A stretch of DNA of 63,770 nucleotides, filler included, from Octopus bimaculoides (Eukaryota): the NCBI RefSeq assembly GCF_001194135.2. It is 10 parts of 9 records of this genome, joined end to end, with 100 filler letters (N's around TTAATTAATTAA, not from the genome) between each part and the next. Parts side by side here need not be neighbours in the genome. Positions count along the whole stretch, not along the records: positions 1 to 29,399 come from NC_068994.1; positions 29,500 to 33,471 come from NC_068992.1; positions 33,572 to 38,768 come from NC_068995.1; positions 38,869 to 42,240 come from NW_026324287.1; 6 more parts are not named here. The stretch is one strand, 5' to 3'. Below are positions 26,720-39,331 of the stretch, piece after piece (positions within the stretch are counted from its first letter, which is position 1; the number at the start of each line of letters is the position of its first letter). The notes under the pieces are model-generated. The model was given only the letters and a program-made list of their open reading frames with translations. It searched no databases and was not told the origin of the DNA. The position numbers and the translations under genes are program-made.

Positions 26720-28960
26720 AGCTGAAACTATCGTTGCAGTCAAAACATCCAACTAAGGATACCACCACCATAGCAATGAACAATGAAAAGATCATTAATA
26801 TCACTAGCAGCAGCAGCGGCAACAACAGCAGCAACAACAACAGCAACAACAACAACAACGACAGCAGCAGTAAAAAAACAAGAGCAACAACAACAATAAT
26901 AGCTGCAACGATGACGTATCAAATAGATACAAGCAACAAAACCCTACAGTTACTTGCGGAAGAGAAATCATTACCACCTTCACCAATGATAAGGCGACCG
27001 CAACAGCAAAAGCAGTAACTGTAGAAGCACCGCAAAAAAGCAGCTCATTTGCAGTGTAAACAAATTCAAAATTAATGGTATGCAGATGTGTATCTTTAAA
27101 AAAGCATAGACTGGAGTAAATCAACATTGAACAAGCTGAATTATGTTTGAAAAAAATTGTGATTGACAGACAACATAGTATGTTGCTTGGTAACAGAGAG
27201 GCCTTGAGGTAATCAGTGCTGCTGCTACAATTGTGGCATCTAGTCTTTTCCTCCTCCACTACCCGCTGCAGTTGTTGGTATCCTGGTATCTCTATTCGGT
27301 CGGGAATCCTGTTTAATGGCTCAGATTTCACCTGAACGGGAATCCTGTTTAATGGCTCATATTTCACCTCGTGCCAATATAGTATGGCTGAGGAGTTTAC
27401 ACTGATTGCAATTTACCTGGAAGGGAAGGTGATCAGAGTAGAAAACTAGACTTCTGAAAGGCGGTTAAATGCGAGGCGTTGGAAGAGCCCTAACATACTG
27501 CTAGAAATATTAAAAAAAAAAGTCGAGAAGAAAGTTGAGTTGGGATAAGATTGAAAATCTTCATTCAGGTGAAATCTGAGCCATTAAACAGGACTCCCGA
27601 CTGAACAGAGATACCAGAATACCAACAACTGCAGCGGGTAATGGAGGATGAAAAGACTAGATGCCACAATTGTAACAGCAGCACTGGTTACCTCAAGGCC
27701 TTTCTGTTACCAAACAACAGAAAGTGATTGCTGAAAGAAGGACTCCATTACGGCCACAACTTCAATAGCACAACATCAATAACACCAACAAGAGAGACAA
27801 CTGCTACACCAACAGTAACAAGAACAACAACAGTTTACAAGAGTGCCTGAAATGCCAGCTGTAAAAGTAAATGCGGCACCAGACAATCTTGCTGGAACCC
27901 AAAGGTAAGTTTGTGGTACCGAATATGACTGCCCATATCTTCAGAATAGTAGTCATTTACATCCTTACAGAAACAGGCGGTGAGCTGGCAGAAACGTTAG
28001 CACGCGGGTGAAATGCTTAGCGATATTTTGTCTGCCGTTACGTTCTGAGTTCAAATTCCACCGAGGTCGACTTTGCCTTTCATCCTTTCGGGGCCGATAA
28101 ATTAAGTACCAGTTACGCACTGGGGTCGATGTAATCGACTTAATCCCTTTGTCTGTCCTTGTTTGTCCCCTCTATGTTTAGCCCCTTGTGGGCAATAAAG
28201 AAATAAGAAACAGAGCGGTAAGTTTTCTTCAGGCTTCGAGAGGCTTCCTTAGCGCTAGCCACTGATAGGAACGGTAACTGATAATGTGTGGAGTGGAAAA
28301 ACTCGCCAACCTGTTCAGAGTTTCTAACAGTCTGACAGGTACCTACTGGATTTATGGAATATGTCAATGTGTCCATGGACACCCGGATCGAGTATTCTGC
28401 AGGCCAGTAGACAAGCAAAGCATATGCAGTTCACATTTAAAAGTGATCAGCCACACAGACCATGCACAGTCTACCAAGATAAATTTCTTAGGCAGGGTAT
28501 CGATTGGTGGGAGCTGAGCGCGTCGTTTTCGGTGATCCGAACTTACAGCGTTCCGGATGGATTTTGGGTCGAGGCCCATTAATAATTTCCAGAAATATCT
28601 GGCATAGTAGTGCTTCTTGGGGCGTTGCCGGACCGAAATAAACTCTACAAGCAAGGAAGTGCCATCAGCCGGGCCTGCTCGAGATGCTCACAGAGCGATG
28701 AAACTGTTCTGTATGCACACATCTTGTGCTCAAACATTATTTATTTTGGGGTTTATGTCGAACACGTTGGATGGATCCGATTATTGGCAGAGTCCATTGT
28801 GAAGATCGCCTCACCACATTCCTATGGCCGGGAAGGACATGTGTCTATCTATCTGGTGGCCTAAGCGAACAAGGTTGTGTAGTATATCAGATACAAAGGA
28901 CTTAGGACAGACTTCCCCATCAGCAACGTCCTTAGCAGCTTTTTCAATTTTTACCAATTT
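26720..28960 (+). mobile_element. Rearranged Tx1/L1-clade LINE (copy 2): ORF1, endonuclease, large RT deletion, C-terminal region
   Basis: CRCVSLKKHRLE*INIEQAELCLKKIVID (27081) aligns with copy 1 ORF1; knuckle relic RVMEDEKTRCHNC (about 27640); endonuclease RIVVIY...FFR and HTDH; then LYKQG...CSRCSQSDETVLYAH, matching 10110-10260. Confidence 0.8.
27976..28205 (+). mobile_element. Full-length SINE family A (core gcctttcatcctttcggggtcgataaattaagtaccag)
   Basis: Head ggcggtgagctggcagaaacgttagcac, B-box-like gagttcaaattcc, tail aataaagaaata; TSD agaaaca(g) at 27969 and 28206. Confidence 0.85.
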
Positions 28961-29084
28961 TTTCGCCTTCCTTCTTGACTATTCGTAGGTCGAAGGGGCA
29001 TACAACATCAACTATATAGCATATGTGGTGCATCTTGTCGACCACCACAAGGTCCAGTCTATTATGCTCTAGGACCCGATCTGT

Positions 29085-29399
29085 TTGGATTGGGAAATCC
29101 CGGAGAATTTTGAATTTCTGCCATTTTGGGGTTTCCTGGTATCTGAGCTAGGTAGCAATCAGCCGCTTTTGCTATAATTCCTAGGGCACCTATGACAACA
29201 TGTATTGTTCTAATCTTCAGGTTCCATATTTTGCTCATTTCTATTTCAAGATCTTCACACTTGCTCAGTTTTTGATAGGTCTTGACAGATACGTTTATAA
29301 CGATTGGGACAGTCATATCAATGAGGAGGCATGATTTTTGTCTGAAGTCTTTCAATATAATATCTGGCCTATTTCCATCTATATTTCTGTCAGTTTGAA
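29085..29399 (-). mobile_element. R4/Dong/NeSL-type LINE, REL endonuclease domain relic
   Basis: Minus frame QTDRNIDGNRPDIILKDFRQKSCLLIDMTVP...KTYQKLSKCEDLEIE...VVIGALG (PD-(D/E)xK-type signature); cut by an N gap at 29400. Confidence 0.85.
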
Positions 29400-29499
29400 N
29401 NNNNNNNNNNNNNNNNNNNNNNNNNNNNNNNNNNNNNNNNNNNTTAATTAATTAANNNNNNNNNNNNNNNNNNNNNNNNNNNNNNNNNNNNNNNNNNNN
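29400..29499. other. Assembly spacer N44-TTAATTAATTAA-N44
   Basis: The identical 12-mer sits inside N runs at 29444, 33516, 38813, 42285, 44864, 48047, 50051, 58331 and 62522. Confidence 0.95.
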
Positions 29500-29505
29500 A
29501 TGGTG

Positions 29506-29570
<65 letters not shown>

Positions 29571-29605
29571 GATGGTGATGGTGATGATGATGATGGTGAT
29601 GATGG

Positions 29606-29690
<85 letters not shown>

Positions 29691-29722
29691 AATGATGATG
29701 ATGATGATGATGGTGATGATGG

Positions 29723-29760
<38 letters not shown>

Positions 29761-29853
29761 GTGATGATGGTAATGATGATGGTGATGATGATGATGATGA
29801 TGATGAGAGTGAGGACGACGACGACGATGACACCGACAACGACAACGACGATG
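29500..29853. repeat. (GAT)n/(GGTGAT) microsatellite
   Basis: Direct reading; it generates the poly-M, poly-H and poly-S ORFs. Confidence 0.97.
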
Positions 29854-32800
29854 ATGTCCTAAGGATTTCCTGAATGCATCGATAATCAAAACACAATCTG
29901 GCAAGTGAGTTTTTCCTCGTACGTTTTGCAGCAATAGTTCGCAAGAGAAGACAGCAACAGACTGCATACTATTTGTATGCAGATCTGTTTCAATTTGTAT
30001 TGCTGGAAGTGGGTGCTAATGAATAGCATCAATCACAGAACATACATCACAGAAACCACTTAAGAAACGCAGGAATGCTATATGGAAGATATCGACAGAT
30101 TGCGACAGTTTCGGTTTCATGCTTGATATTTAGAAAATGGAAAAATATATGCACTGGATCTGTAATAGACGTGTTTTACTATTCATACCAAGCAGGGAGC
30201 CTTTATACGCTCACTTACCTTGCTAGAAGCAGTTGCGAAAAATCCCTTGCATGATACTCTGGCATCCTGAAATGGTGTACTGGATAATGACGTTACAGGG
30301 CTGGTTTTAGTGTTCATACCAATGAGAGAGCTGCTATGATATAGACGTTAGCACGCCTGGCGAAATGCTTACCGGTATTTCGTTTGTCTTTATGTTCTGA
30401 GTTCAAATTCCGCCGAAGTCGAATTTGCCTTTCATCCTTTCGGAGTCGATAAATTAAGTACCAGTTGCGTACTGGGGTCGGTCTAATGGACTGGCCTCCT
30501 CCCGCAAAATTTTAGGCCTTGTGCCTAGAGTAGAAAAGAATATAGAGTTTATACGGTCAGTCTACCTACTAGAAATAGCTGCCAAATATTCCTCAACACT
30601 GGCATTTTGAAAATGGAAAGGTATATTCGATTAGAGAATCATGCATATGCATCATCTGAGGGAGTGTGGGGATGGTCATAACTGGAACGGGTTTCGTCTA
30701 TGTTCACTCAGTGAAGACTGGTGTGGCACTAGAAAAGAGAAATTATATCACGTCGAATTCAGTACAGTATCGACAGCCACCATTCGCAAGGTAGTATGAT
30801 TTGGGTCAATATGTATCATGCTTTCGCTAATTGTTTTTTTTTAAGTCCCTGTGTAGTCGCGTGCATAAGTAGAATCCCACTCCGTCCCTCCCACCTGACC
30901 ATCCGTAGGAACATACGGAATGTTACAGCTGGAAAGAGAGAGCATTACACCGGAGTGATTTTCCGAAGGATGTAACTCACTTTCCTGTCTAGGAATTGAA
31001 CGCGTGATATTACGATCGAAGGTTGAATATCCTAAGAACTAGGCTACGTACCTCCACATTCCTCACTTATATTGAAATTTGTTTATAGATGAAGAATAAT
31101 TAGAATGGAAGAGAATAAATGCTTTTTTTATGAAGGCATCCAATAATATGAAATATATCATTGACATACTTGAGCCTAGCCAAGATATTGAACTGCAGCC
31201 ATTGGCGAGGCTCCAGCTGGGGAATATAGGGGTTATGAGGCACTGGAGTTGCTTCTTAATTAGCACAGAGTTCAGGTCGCTCTGGCTCGGAGCAGTAGTA
31301 CCTGTCAAGGGCCCCATTTGTGGTTCAGGTAGCAGTAGATGATCCTGTCAGAAAGAGTTACAGGAATAGCTCAGAAGAGTGCTGACTATTAGACAAGCAT
31401 CATACAGGCGTACTGGTATGCAGACATGCTCTAATATCATGTGATCCAGCCCACTGCTTATAAATTTTAACAGTCTCTGTACTTCTAAGGTCAGGACAGC
31501 TCAGGTCAAGTCAGGTCAGGAGAGAAGCTGACAATCAGAGTAAACCGGTAAAACCAACAAGAAACCGCTACTTCATTTTTCTGAAGAAAAACCATGAATC
31601 TTCAGAGATTTGTATGAAGATCTCTCAATGCAGATGCCTGTTGGCATTGCAACAGAAGAGAATATTTAATATGGACTGCTATTATCTTTGAAAGGCTTGT
31701 TTTATCCATAGTGGTCTAAACTTATAAGCTTATAAACATTAAATTGAATCGGCTGAGTGGATGTATTATTGGACAGTGGTCTGAAAGCGCTTGATTTCAA
31801 ATCCAGCAGAAAATATTTCTTGCGTAATTCGTCAATACCAATAATTATCTTCGCTTCTCTTCATCCACCTTTCAGAAATATTGCGGACAGTAGATTAATC
31901 TATCCATGTTCTGATGATCATTTATCTCTTATCCACCTAAACAAACGGTATCCGCTTATAAACTGTAGCTAAAACTCACTCAAGAAAGTCGATTGATGTT
32001 TAGGAAAATATATGTTCATATTTCTCTGACTTCAAACAGATGCAAATAATTTCACAGTTCGATAGCTATCAGCAAATGTACATACAGAAATAATGCACTA
32101 GCATGTAAATATATGTTTGTGAGACTCTCATTAAATCACTATACGTATTTTCTAGTCTGACAAAGCAACACAAACTGGTTATATATTCATACTATATATT
32201 CATACTAGATGTATATTCATGCATATTCAATATTTCAATATTTCATGAAGAAATGAAATATTGGCCTGTTTTCACTGAAATCCACAAAGAAAGCGAAGTT
32301 ATATCAGTTATTTTCATCTGTTATATGTCCTTGTGCTTTAGAAGTGAATATATAGATACTTCTCTTCATGTTGAGTTCAAATATTCCATGTGTCAAATTA
32401 CTTCAGGGAAGACGTTTATGAAAAAGCCGATATTCAAGCATCCAAGCCACTTGGGAACGTGAGTGATAATTTGTGGCTTTTATGAATACCATTCAAAGAA
32501 ACAGTAATGTATATAAAGTATATCTACTTCAAAACTGTATTGTAATAAAAGATCCAAATTTTAGTACAAGGCCAGGAGTTTAGGGGGAGGAGTATATCGA
32601 TTGCATCGACCCCAGTGTTCAAGTGGTTCTGATTTTATCGACTCCGAAAGGATGAAAGGTACAGTGGACGTCGGTAGAGTTTGAATTCAAAACGTAGAGA
32701 TGGAGAAAAATACAACAAGACATTTTGCTTGGCAGAGCTGACAGTCCTGCCAGCACGCTGTCTCACTATAGTGTAATATTACGGTTAGAAAGGCGTCGAG

Positions 32801-32964
32801 CTAGCAGAAACGTCGTGTTAACAACAAACAAGATGAGGACAGATATCTGTCAAATGTAAATAATATACACAATCCAACATCTCTTAAATGTAGAACTGAA
32901 TACAGTTTCCACATCGCTAAGGGATCTTGAACGTAACAGCCGCGATACTCGAGGTATTACTGTA

Positions 32965-33021
<57 letters not shown>

Positions 33022-33691
33022 ATAATTGTTTGTACGTACAGACAGTCACGTACAACACTCACAGATCTATGCACGTATTTATAGTTATTTTCTCATTCTC
33101 CCTCTCTTTCTCTCTCTCCAATATTTCTTCTCTCTCTCTCTCTCTTTTACAGTTTTTGTCCATCCTCTTCTCATTTCAAGTGTTTGCCTAATTACTATTG
33201 CGTCTAGGTTGAGCGGAAACCCTAATTTAGGTAGAGTAACTGAGTCTCGTCTCACTTTGCATACTTGTCAGAAAATATGATCCAGGCGTATACCTTACAT
33301 CTCGTTAAAGTGCTATACTATATTTGACATAGTTTCGCATTAACACTCGCACGCACGCACTCACCCCCCACACACATGTATGTCTGTGTGTATATATATA
33401 TACACATATATATGTACGTTGCTTATGTATTTATGCATGTATAAATATGACAGTAAAAGCTATATATATATNNNNNNNNNNNNNNNNNNNNNNNNNNNNN
33501 NNNNNNNNNNNNNNNTTAATTAATTAANNNNNNNNNNNNNNNNNNNNNNNNNNNNNNNNNNNNNNNNNNNNTATATATATACATACATACATTATATATA
33601 TATATATATACACACACACACATATATATATACATATATATATATAAAAGATGTATATGTGTTTATGTATGTATGTATGTGTGCATCTGTA

Positions 33692-34013
33692 TGAAAGGCA
33701 AAGTTGACTTGGGCAGAATTTGAGCTCAGAACATGAAGACAGGTAAAATACTGCTAAGCATTTCATCTGGCGTGCGAACATTTATTTCTTTATTACCCAC
33801 AAGGGGCTAAAACATAGAGGAGACAAACAAGGACAGACAAGCGATTAAGTCGATTATATCGACCCCAGTGCGTAACTGGTACTTAATTTATCGACCCCGA
33901 AAGGATGAAAGGCAAAGTCGACCTCGGCAGGATTTGAACTCAGAACATAATGGCAGACAAAATACCACTAAGCATTTCATCTGGTGTGCTAACGTTTCTG
34001 CCAGCTCACTGCC
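33692..34013 (-). mobile_element. Two abutting family A SINEs (full 33782-34013 plus partial 33692-33781)
   Basis: Reverse complement of the 27976 element, followed directly by a second head and core. Confidence 0.8.
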
Positions 34014-34275
34014 TTCCACTGCATGTAAAAATTAACCAGTGTTTCAAATAGATTAAGATGGCAGTGAAAAAGGTTGGCACCAGGAGGGGGAATTTTGGCT
34101 GTAAATCATTTCCTCGAAAATCCTTGTCCGAGCAGAGCAAAGGAGTGAGTGTTAACATTTTTGAAATGATGATATGGGATGGTTTTGATGAAAGGAAATG
34201 ACGTCATAGGAAAACACGACAGCAAAAGTTACACTGTTGACTGGAAAAAGCCACAATGTTGTTTAGGAATGGCAG

Positions 34276-34890
34276 TTTTGGTAAGAAGGAAAATCACAAT
34301 TTTGGTTAGGGAAAACAATTTTGGCAAGAAGGGAAGTTACAATTTTGGTTAGGAAAACCATTTGTGGCAAGAAGAAAAGTCACTATTTTGGCTAGGAAAA
34401 ATAATTTTGGTAAGAAGAAAAGTGACTATTTTGGTTAGAAAAACCAATTGTGGCAAGAAGAAAAGTCACTATTTTGGTTAGGAAAAACAATTTTAGTAAG
34501 AAGAAAAGTCACTATTTCAGTTACAAAAACCAATTGTGGCAAGAAGAAAAGTCACAGTTTTGGTTAGGAAAAACAATTTTGGTAAGAAGAAAAGTCACTA
34601 TCTTGGCTAGGAAAAATAATTTTGGTAAGAAGAAAAGTCACTATTTTGGTTAGGAAAACCAATTGTGGCAAGAAGAAAAGTCACTATTTTGGTTAGGAAA
34701 AATAATTTTGACAAGAAGAAAAGTTACAATTTATGCCATGAAAATGTGACAATTTATGCTAGGAAAATACCACAATTTTGGCAAGGGAAACCTCACAATT
34801 TTGGCTAGAAGAAAAGTCATAATTTTAGCGAGGAAAACATCACAATTTGGGTGAGAAAAAAGTTACAATTTTGGGTAAGAAAAAGTCACA
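34276..34890. repeat. Minisatellite, about 43-bp unit built from two related half-units
   Basis: Repeats of ttttggttaggaaaaccaattgtggcaagaagaaaagtcacta and variants, decaying toward both ends. Confidence 0.9.
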
Positions 34891-36257
34891 ATAATGACTA
34901 GAAAAAAGTCAATTATGGTTTTTTGGGGTTGCGGGGATCACAATTTAGGGAAAATGATTTCAGCAATCCCCAGTATTTCACTATCATTTTATTCTACAAA
35001 CCACCATCACCACAAGAAAGGATGAAAAACAAAGTTGACCTTGATAAGATTTGAACTCAGAGAAAATGTAAAATGGTCAGCAGGCAATTGGTTTTGATGC
35101 TCCAAGGACTCTGCCAATCGTACCACACATGAAGAAGCTGAATGTGGTTGAATTGAGTTGAACAGAGTCCAACTCTTCTCCTAGATACAGTTTATAAATG
35201 AACTTATTTGAAGTAAAAGAATGTCTGTTGAACTTGTATAAGCTGCTCACTCAGGCAAGTGATTAGTACACAGTAGGGTTTTATTTATCTTCATTCAAAT
35301 TTTCAGACTTTTAAGATGTGGGGGGAAGGTTTTGATTGAAGGATTGCCATGATAACCAGGTCATCAGCATGGCATGTATCTAGAGAAAACGACTCCATTA
35401 TCATTAATACTATTATTATTATTATTATTATTATTATGATGATGATGATCATCATCATCATCATTATTATTATCATTATTATTATTATTATTAACAACTA
35501 TCTGATTTCTAAGAAGAACAAAAACATATTCTTCACTTGGTGTAGACCAATTTATTTCTTTTGTAACACATCCAAAATCCCTTTTTGAAGTTAAATTTGC
35601 AACACTTTATCCACTTTTACTCAATGTTCTAACTATAGCTTGTTGTTGTCGCTGTTGTTGTTGTTTAGCCACAGGCTAGCTGTGATCAAGCAGACCTATG
35701 ATTGAAGATATTCCAGCTGTAGGAGCAATCACATCTTTTCTACAACATATTTAACGCCTTCCCCACACCTTTCCTTTTAATACAGTAGATAAGAAAAGGT
35801 GAGGACATTGGAGTAATTAGAGAGGCATTTAGCTACTACTTCTAGCAGTTACAGTGACTGCATAGTAACTTCCATGTAGTTGACTTTTTTCTGTGCATGG
35901 CAAATGAGAATTATATAAACTTATCAAGACTTTGTTAAATCAAAGACGTCATTCACAAGCGACAGTGTCTTGGTACTAGGGCATGGGGAGGTATAGTCAC
36001 TGGAATGGTGCCTCAGTATATAACTGGTACCTACTTTGACTTTGAAGGATGAAAGGCAAGGTCAACATTTTACATAGGAAATTCAAATCTCATAGAAGAC
36101 AACTTTGCAGTTCTCTTATTCTCCATTCTCTGCCCAATAGAATGAAAGGCAAAGTTGACCGCATCAGGATTTGAACCAAAATAAAATATGTGTGTTCTTC
36201 GGAACTGAGGATAACTTATTGATGTCTATCTATAAAGAAATACATAGAAAGTCAGCT

Positions 36258-36610
36258 AGAGATAGACAGAGAGACAGACAGATAGATAGATAGATAGATA
36301 GATAGACAGACAGATAGATAGATAAGCAGACAGATAGATAGATAGACAGACAACTAGATAGATGAATAGATAGATAGATGGATGGATGCATGGATGGATA
36401 GAATTCAACAAGAGTTCAGATTTATGAAGTAACCACACGGCTAAGCCCACATACAAATGATAGATAGGCAGACAGACTGATAGATGGATAGATAGGTGGA
36501 TTGATAAATAAATAGATAGATAGATAGATAGACAGACGAACAGATGGATGGACAGATAGATAGATAGATAGACAGATAGATAGATAGATGGATAGGTGGA
36601 TGCATAGATA
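36258..36610. repeat. (GATA)/(GACA)/(GATG) compound microsatellite
   Basis: Direct reading. Many other (AT)n, (GT)n, (CT)n, (ATT)n and (AGT)n arrays occur, e.g. 3733-3830, 15158-15355, 17902-17990, 22690-22825, 49586-50006, 60585-60655. Confidence 0.95.
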
Positions 36611-37997
36611 AAGAGCACATGTTTATTATCATCATTAAACGTCCCTTTTCTTTTCATGTTGGCATGGGTTGACATGAAGGGACAAGCCAAAGGACCATGC
36701 TGAGCTACAAAGTCTACTTTGGCATGGTTTCTACAATTGGGTGTCCCTTCTAACGCCAACTATTTTTGAGAGTGTGCTGGGTACTTTTTTTGCATGGCCT
36801 CCAGCATTGGTAAGGTTATCAAATACTCACACGGCAAAGCCCCCAACTTCCCCCTCAGCTGAGTGGAGTAAAGTAGAGAGGAAGAGGAACAAGTGTCTTG
36901 CTGAAGACATGAATGCCTAGTTTCCCCATATTTGGAAAGAGAGAGAGGGGGGTGAGAGAGACTGATGTGAGGTCAAGGTACAAAGTGAATATGAGAGAGA
37001 GAGAAAATAGGGACAGAGGAACAGAAAAGGTGGGTGGATGGATGGGTAGGTACATGTACTCAGGTGAAAAGAGTACGAGAATTGATTAGAGGTAGGAACT
37101 GAGGTGGTCGAGGGAGGAGAACAAATTCATCCTTCTCTCTCTCTCTCTCCTCTTTGTTTTATGTTTTTATTTTTTATCAAGGTTTGATAATTATGCATCA
37201 AGTCTTTGTTAATTGGTTTCTTTTCCTTTTCTTTTCCTTTTTTTTTTCCCGAGATTTCAAATAGACTTAAATTGCATGAAGCAGGAATTTGAATTGAATT
37301 GAAGAGTTTTTAAAAACTCAAAAATTGAAAATTAAAACCTCCCCATTTCAATAAAGCATAAAATAAATTCTAATCAATAAAATAGGGAGAAAACACACAT
37401 AAAACAAAACATCTATTGGTATCATATTGAATTTCAATACTAGACTTATTTTCAACTATTTTCCAGTCCAAAATCTATAAAAATATCTCGGTTTTATTAA
37501 TTTATGCTTTTAAAATAGAAATTATAATAGGGATAAGAATAACGAAAATATGAATTGGTTTTGTGATTATACTTACACACACACACACACACACACATAT
37601 ATATGTATGTGTGTGCGTGTGTGTATATATATATATATATATGTATACATTGTATATTACATATCATATGTATATATATTATATATATTACATATTAAAT
37701 ATATATATATATATATATATATANNNNNNNNNNNNNNNNNNNNNNNNNNNNNNNNNNNNNNNNNNNNNNNNNNNNNNNNNNNNNNNNNNNNNNNNNNNNN
37801 NNNNNNNNNNNNNNNNNNNNNNNNNNNNNNNNNNNNNNNNNNNNNNNNNNNNNNNNNNNNNNNNNNNNNNTAATCATTTTACATAAGGTTTGCATGCTGG
37901 CATAGACAGGATGGTTTGATGGTTCATCAGGATTTAACGTGTTGGAGGTCTGCAATTTCTTCCAAAGAATTATTATGTATGAGTATACATGTATCTA

Positions 37998-38045
<48 letters not shown>

Positions 38046-38327
38046 CATACACATACACACACACACACACACAAATATATATCTATGCATATACATAGAT
38101 GTGTGTATGTGTGTATATATATATGAGTGTATGTATAAATACATACATATAAATATATATATGTTAGAGCTACACATGTGCTTATATATACACACACACA
38201 TATATATCTATGATTACACACATATATACACACACACACACACTCATACACACTTATCTTCGAATGTATGTATATACAGATATCATGATAATGATGATGA
38301 TATATATATACATACATTCAAAGATAA

Positions 38328-38380
<53 letters not shown>

Positions 38381-38401
38381 NNNNNNNNNNTATGTACATG
38401 C

Positions 38402-38444
<43 letters not shown>

Positions 38445-38702
38445 AAACTTTTCTTATGTTCAGTAATGATGGGGGTGAGATAGAGAAGAGAGAAACTAGG
38501 GCACTAGCAGAGAGAGTTGTTTTGATATCTGTTCTGAAGCCACTTAACTGGTTGAGAGCATTCATTTTATTGTTGATATCATATTCATCTTGAATAAACA
38601 ATGATTTATTCCACAACATATTTCCACCTTCAATTCTTTATTTATTCTGATATAATTCTAGGTTTGTATATGTTTAATCAATATAATGTGTGTAAATAAA
38701 TA

Positions 38703-38768
<66 letters not shown>

Positions 38769-38868
38769 NNNNNNNNNNNNNNNNNNNNNNNNNNNNNNNN
38801 NNNNNNNNNNNNTTAATTAATTAANNNNNNNNNNNNNNNNNNNNNNNNNNNNNNNNNNNNNNNNNNNN

Positions 38869-38900
<32 letters not shown>

Positions 38901-39257
38901 GTATATATGCATATATACGTGTGTCGTATGTATATACACACTCTCACACACACATACATATATATAAATAGCTATATGTATATATACATAGTTTACGCCA
39001 TGGTTGTTTAGGAACTTCGAAAGACGTGCATTATATGGTGTTTAATGGCAAAACTCGAAATAGATAACTCTATAAAATAATGAATGGGGATATTCGAAGT
39101 CTTGCTTTCGCATATAAGTAGGAACTCGATCATGTTTAGAGGAGATACGGGTTCTAGTCCTGCGGACAGCCTCCCACAGTTCCGATCCAACGCTTTCTCA
39201 ACCCAATATTTATTTACACTCCATTATTCATACCTTTATCTACTTCAGATATATATG

Positions 39258-39331
<74 letters not shown>

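Noticed and set aside
29444-29455. TTAATTAATTAA recurring nine times as a possible conserved motif
   Set aside because: It is always centred in N runs and has stops in all frames: a scaffolding linker, not biology.
29444-29967. Poly-His, poly-Ser and poly-Met ORFs
   Set aside because: These are translations of a (GAT)n microsatellite.
34276-34890. CRISPR-like array
   Set aside because: No unique spacers, no cas genes, eukaryotic context.
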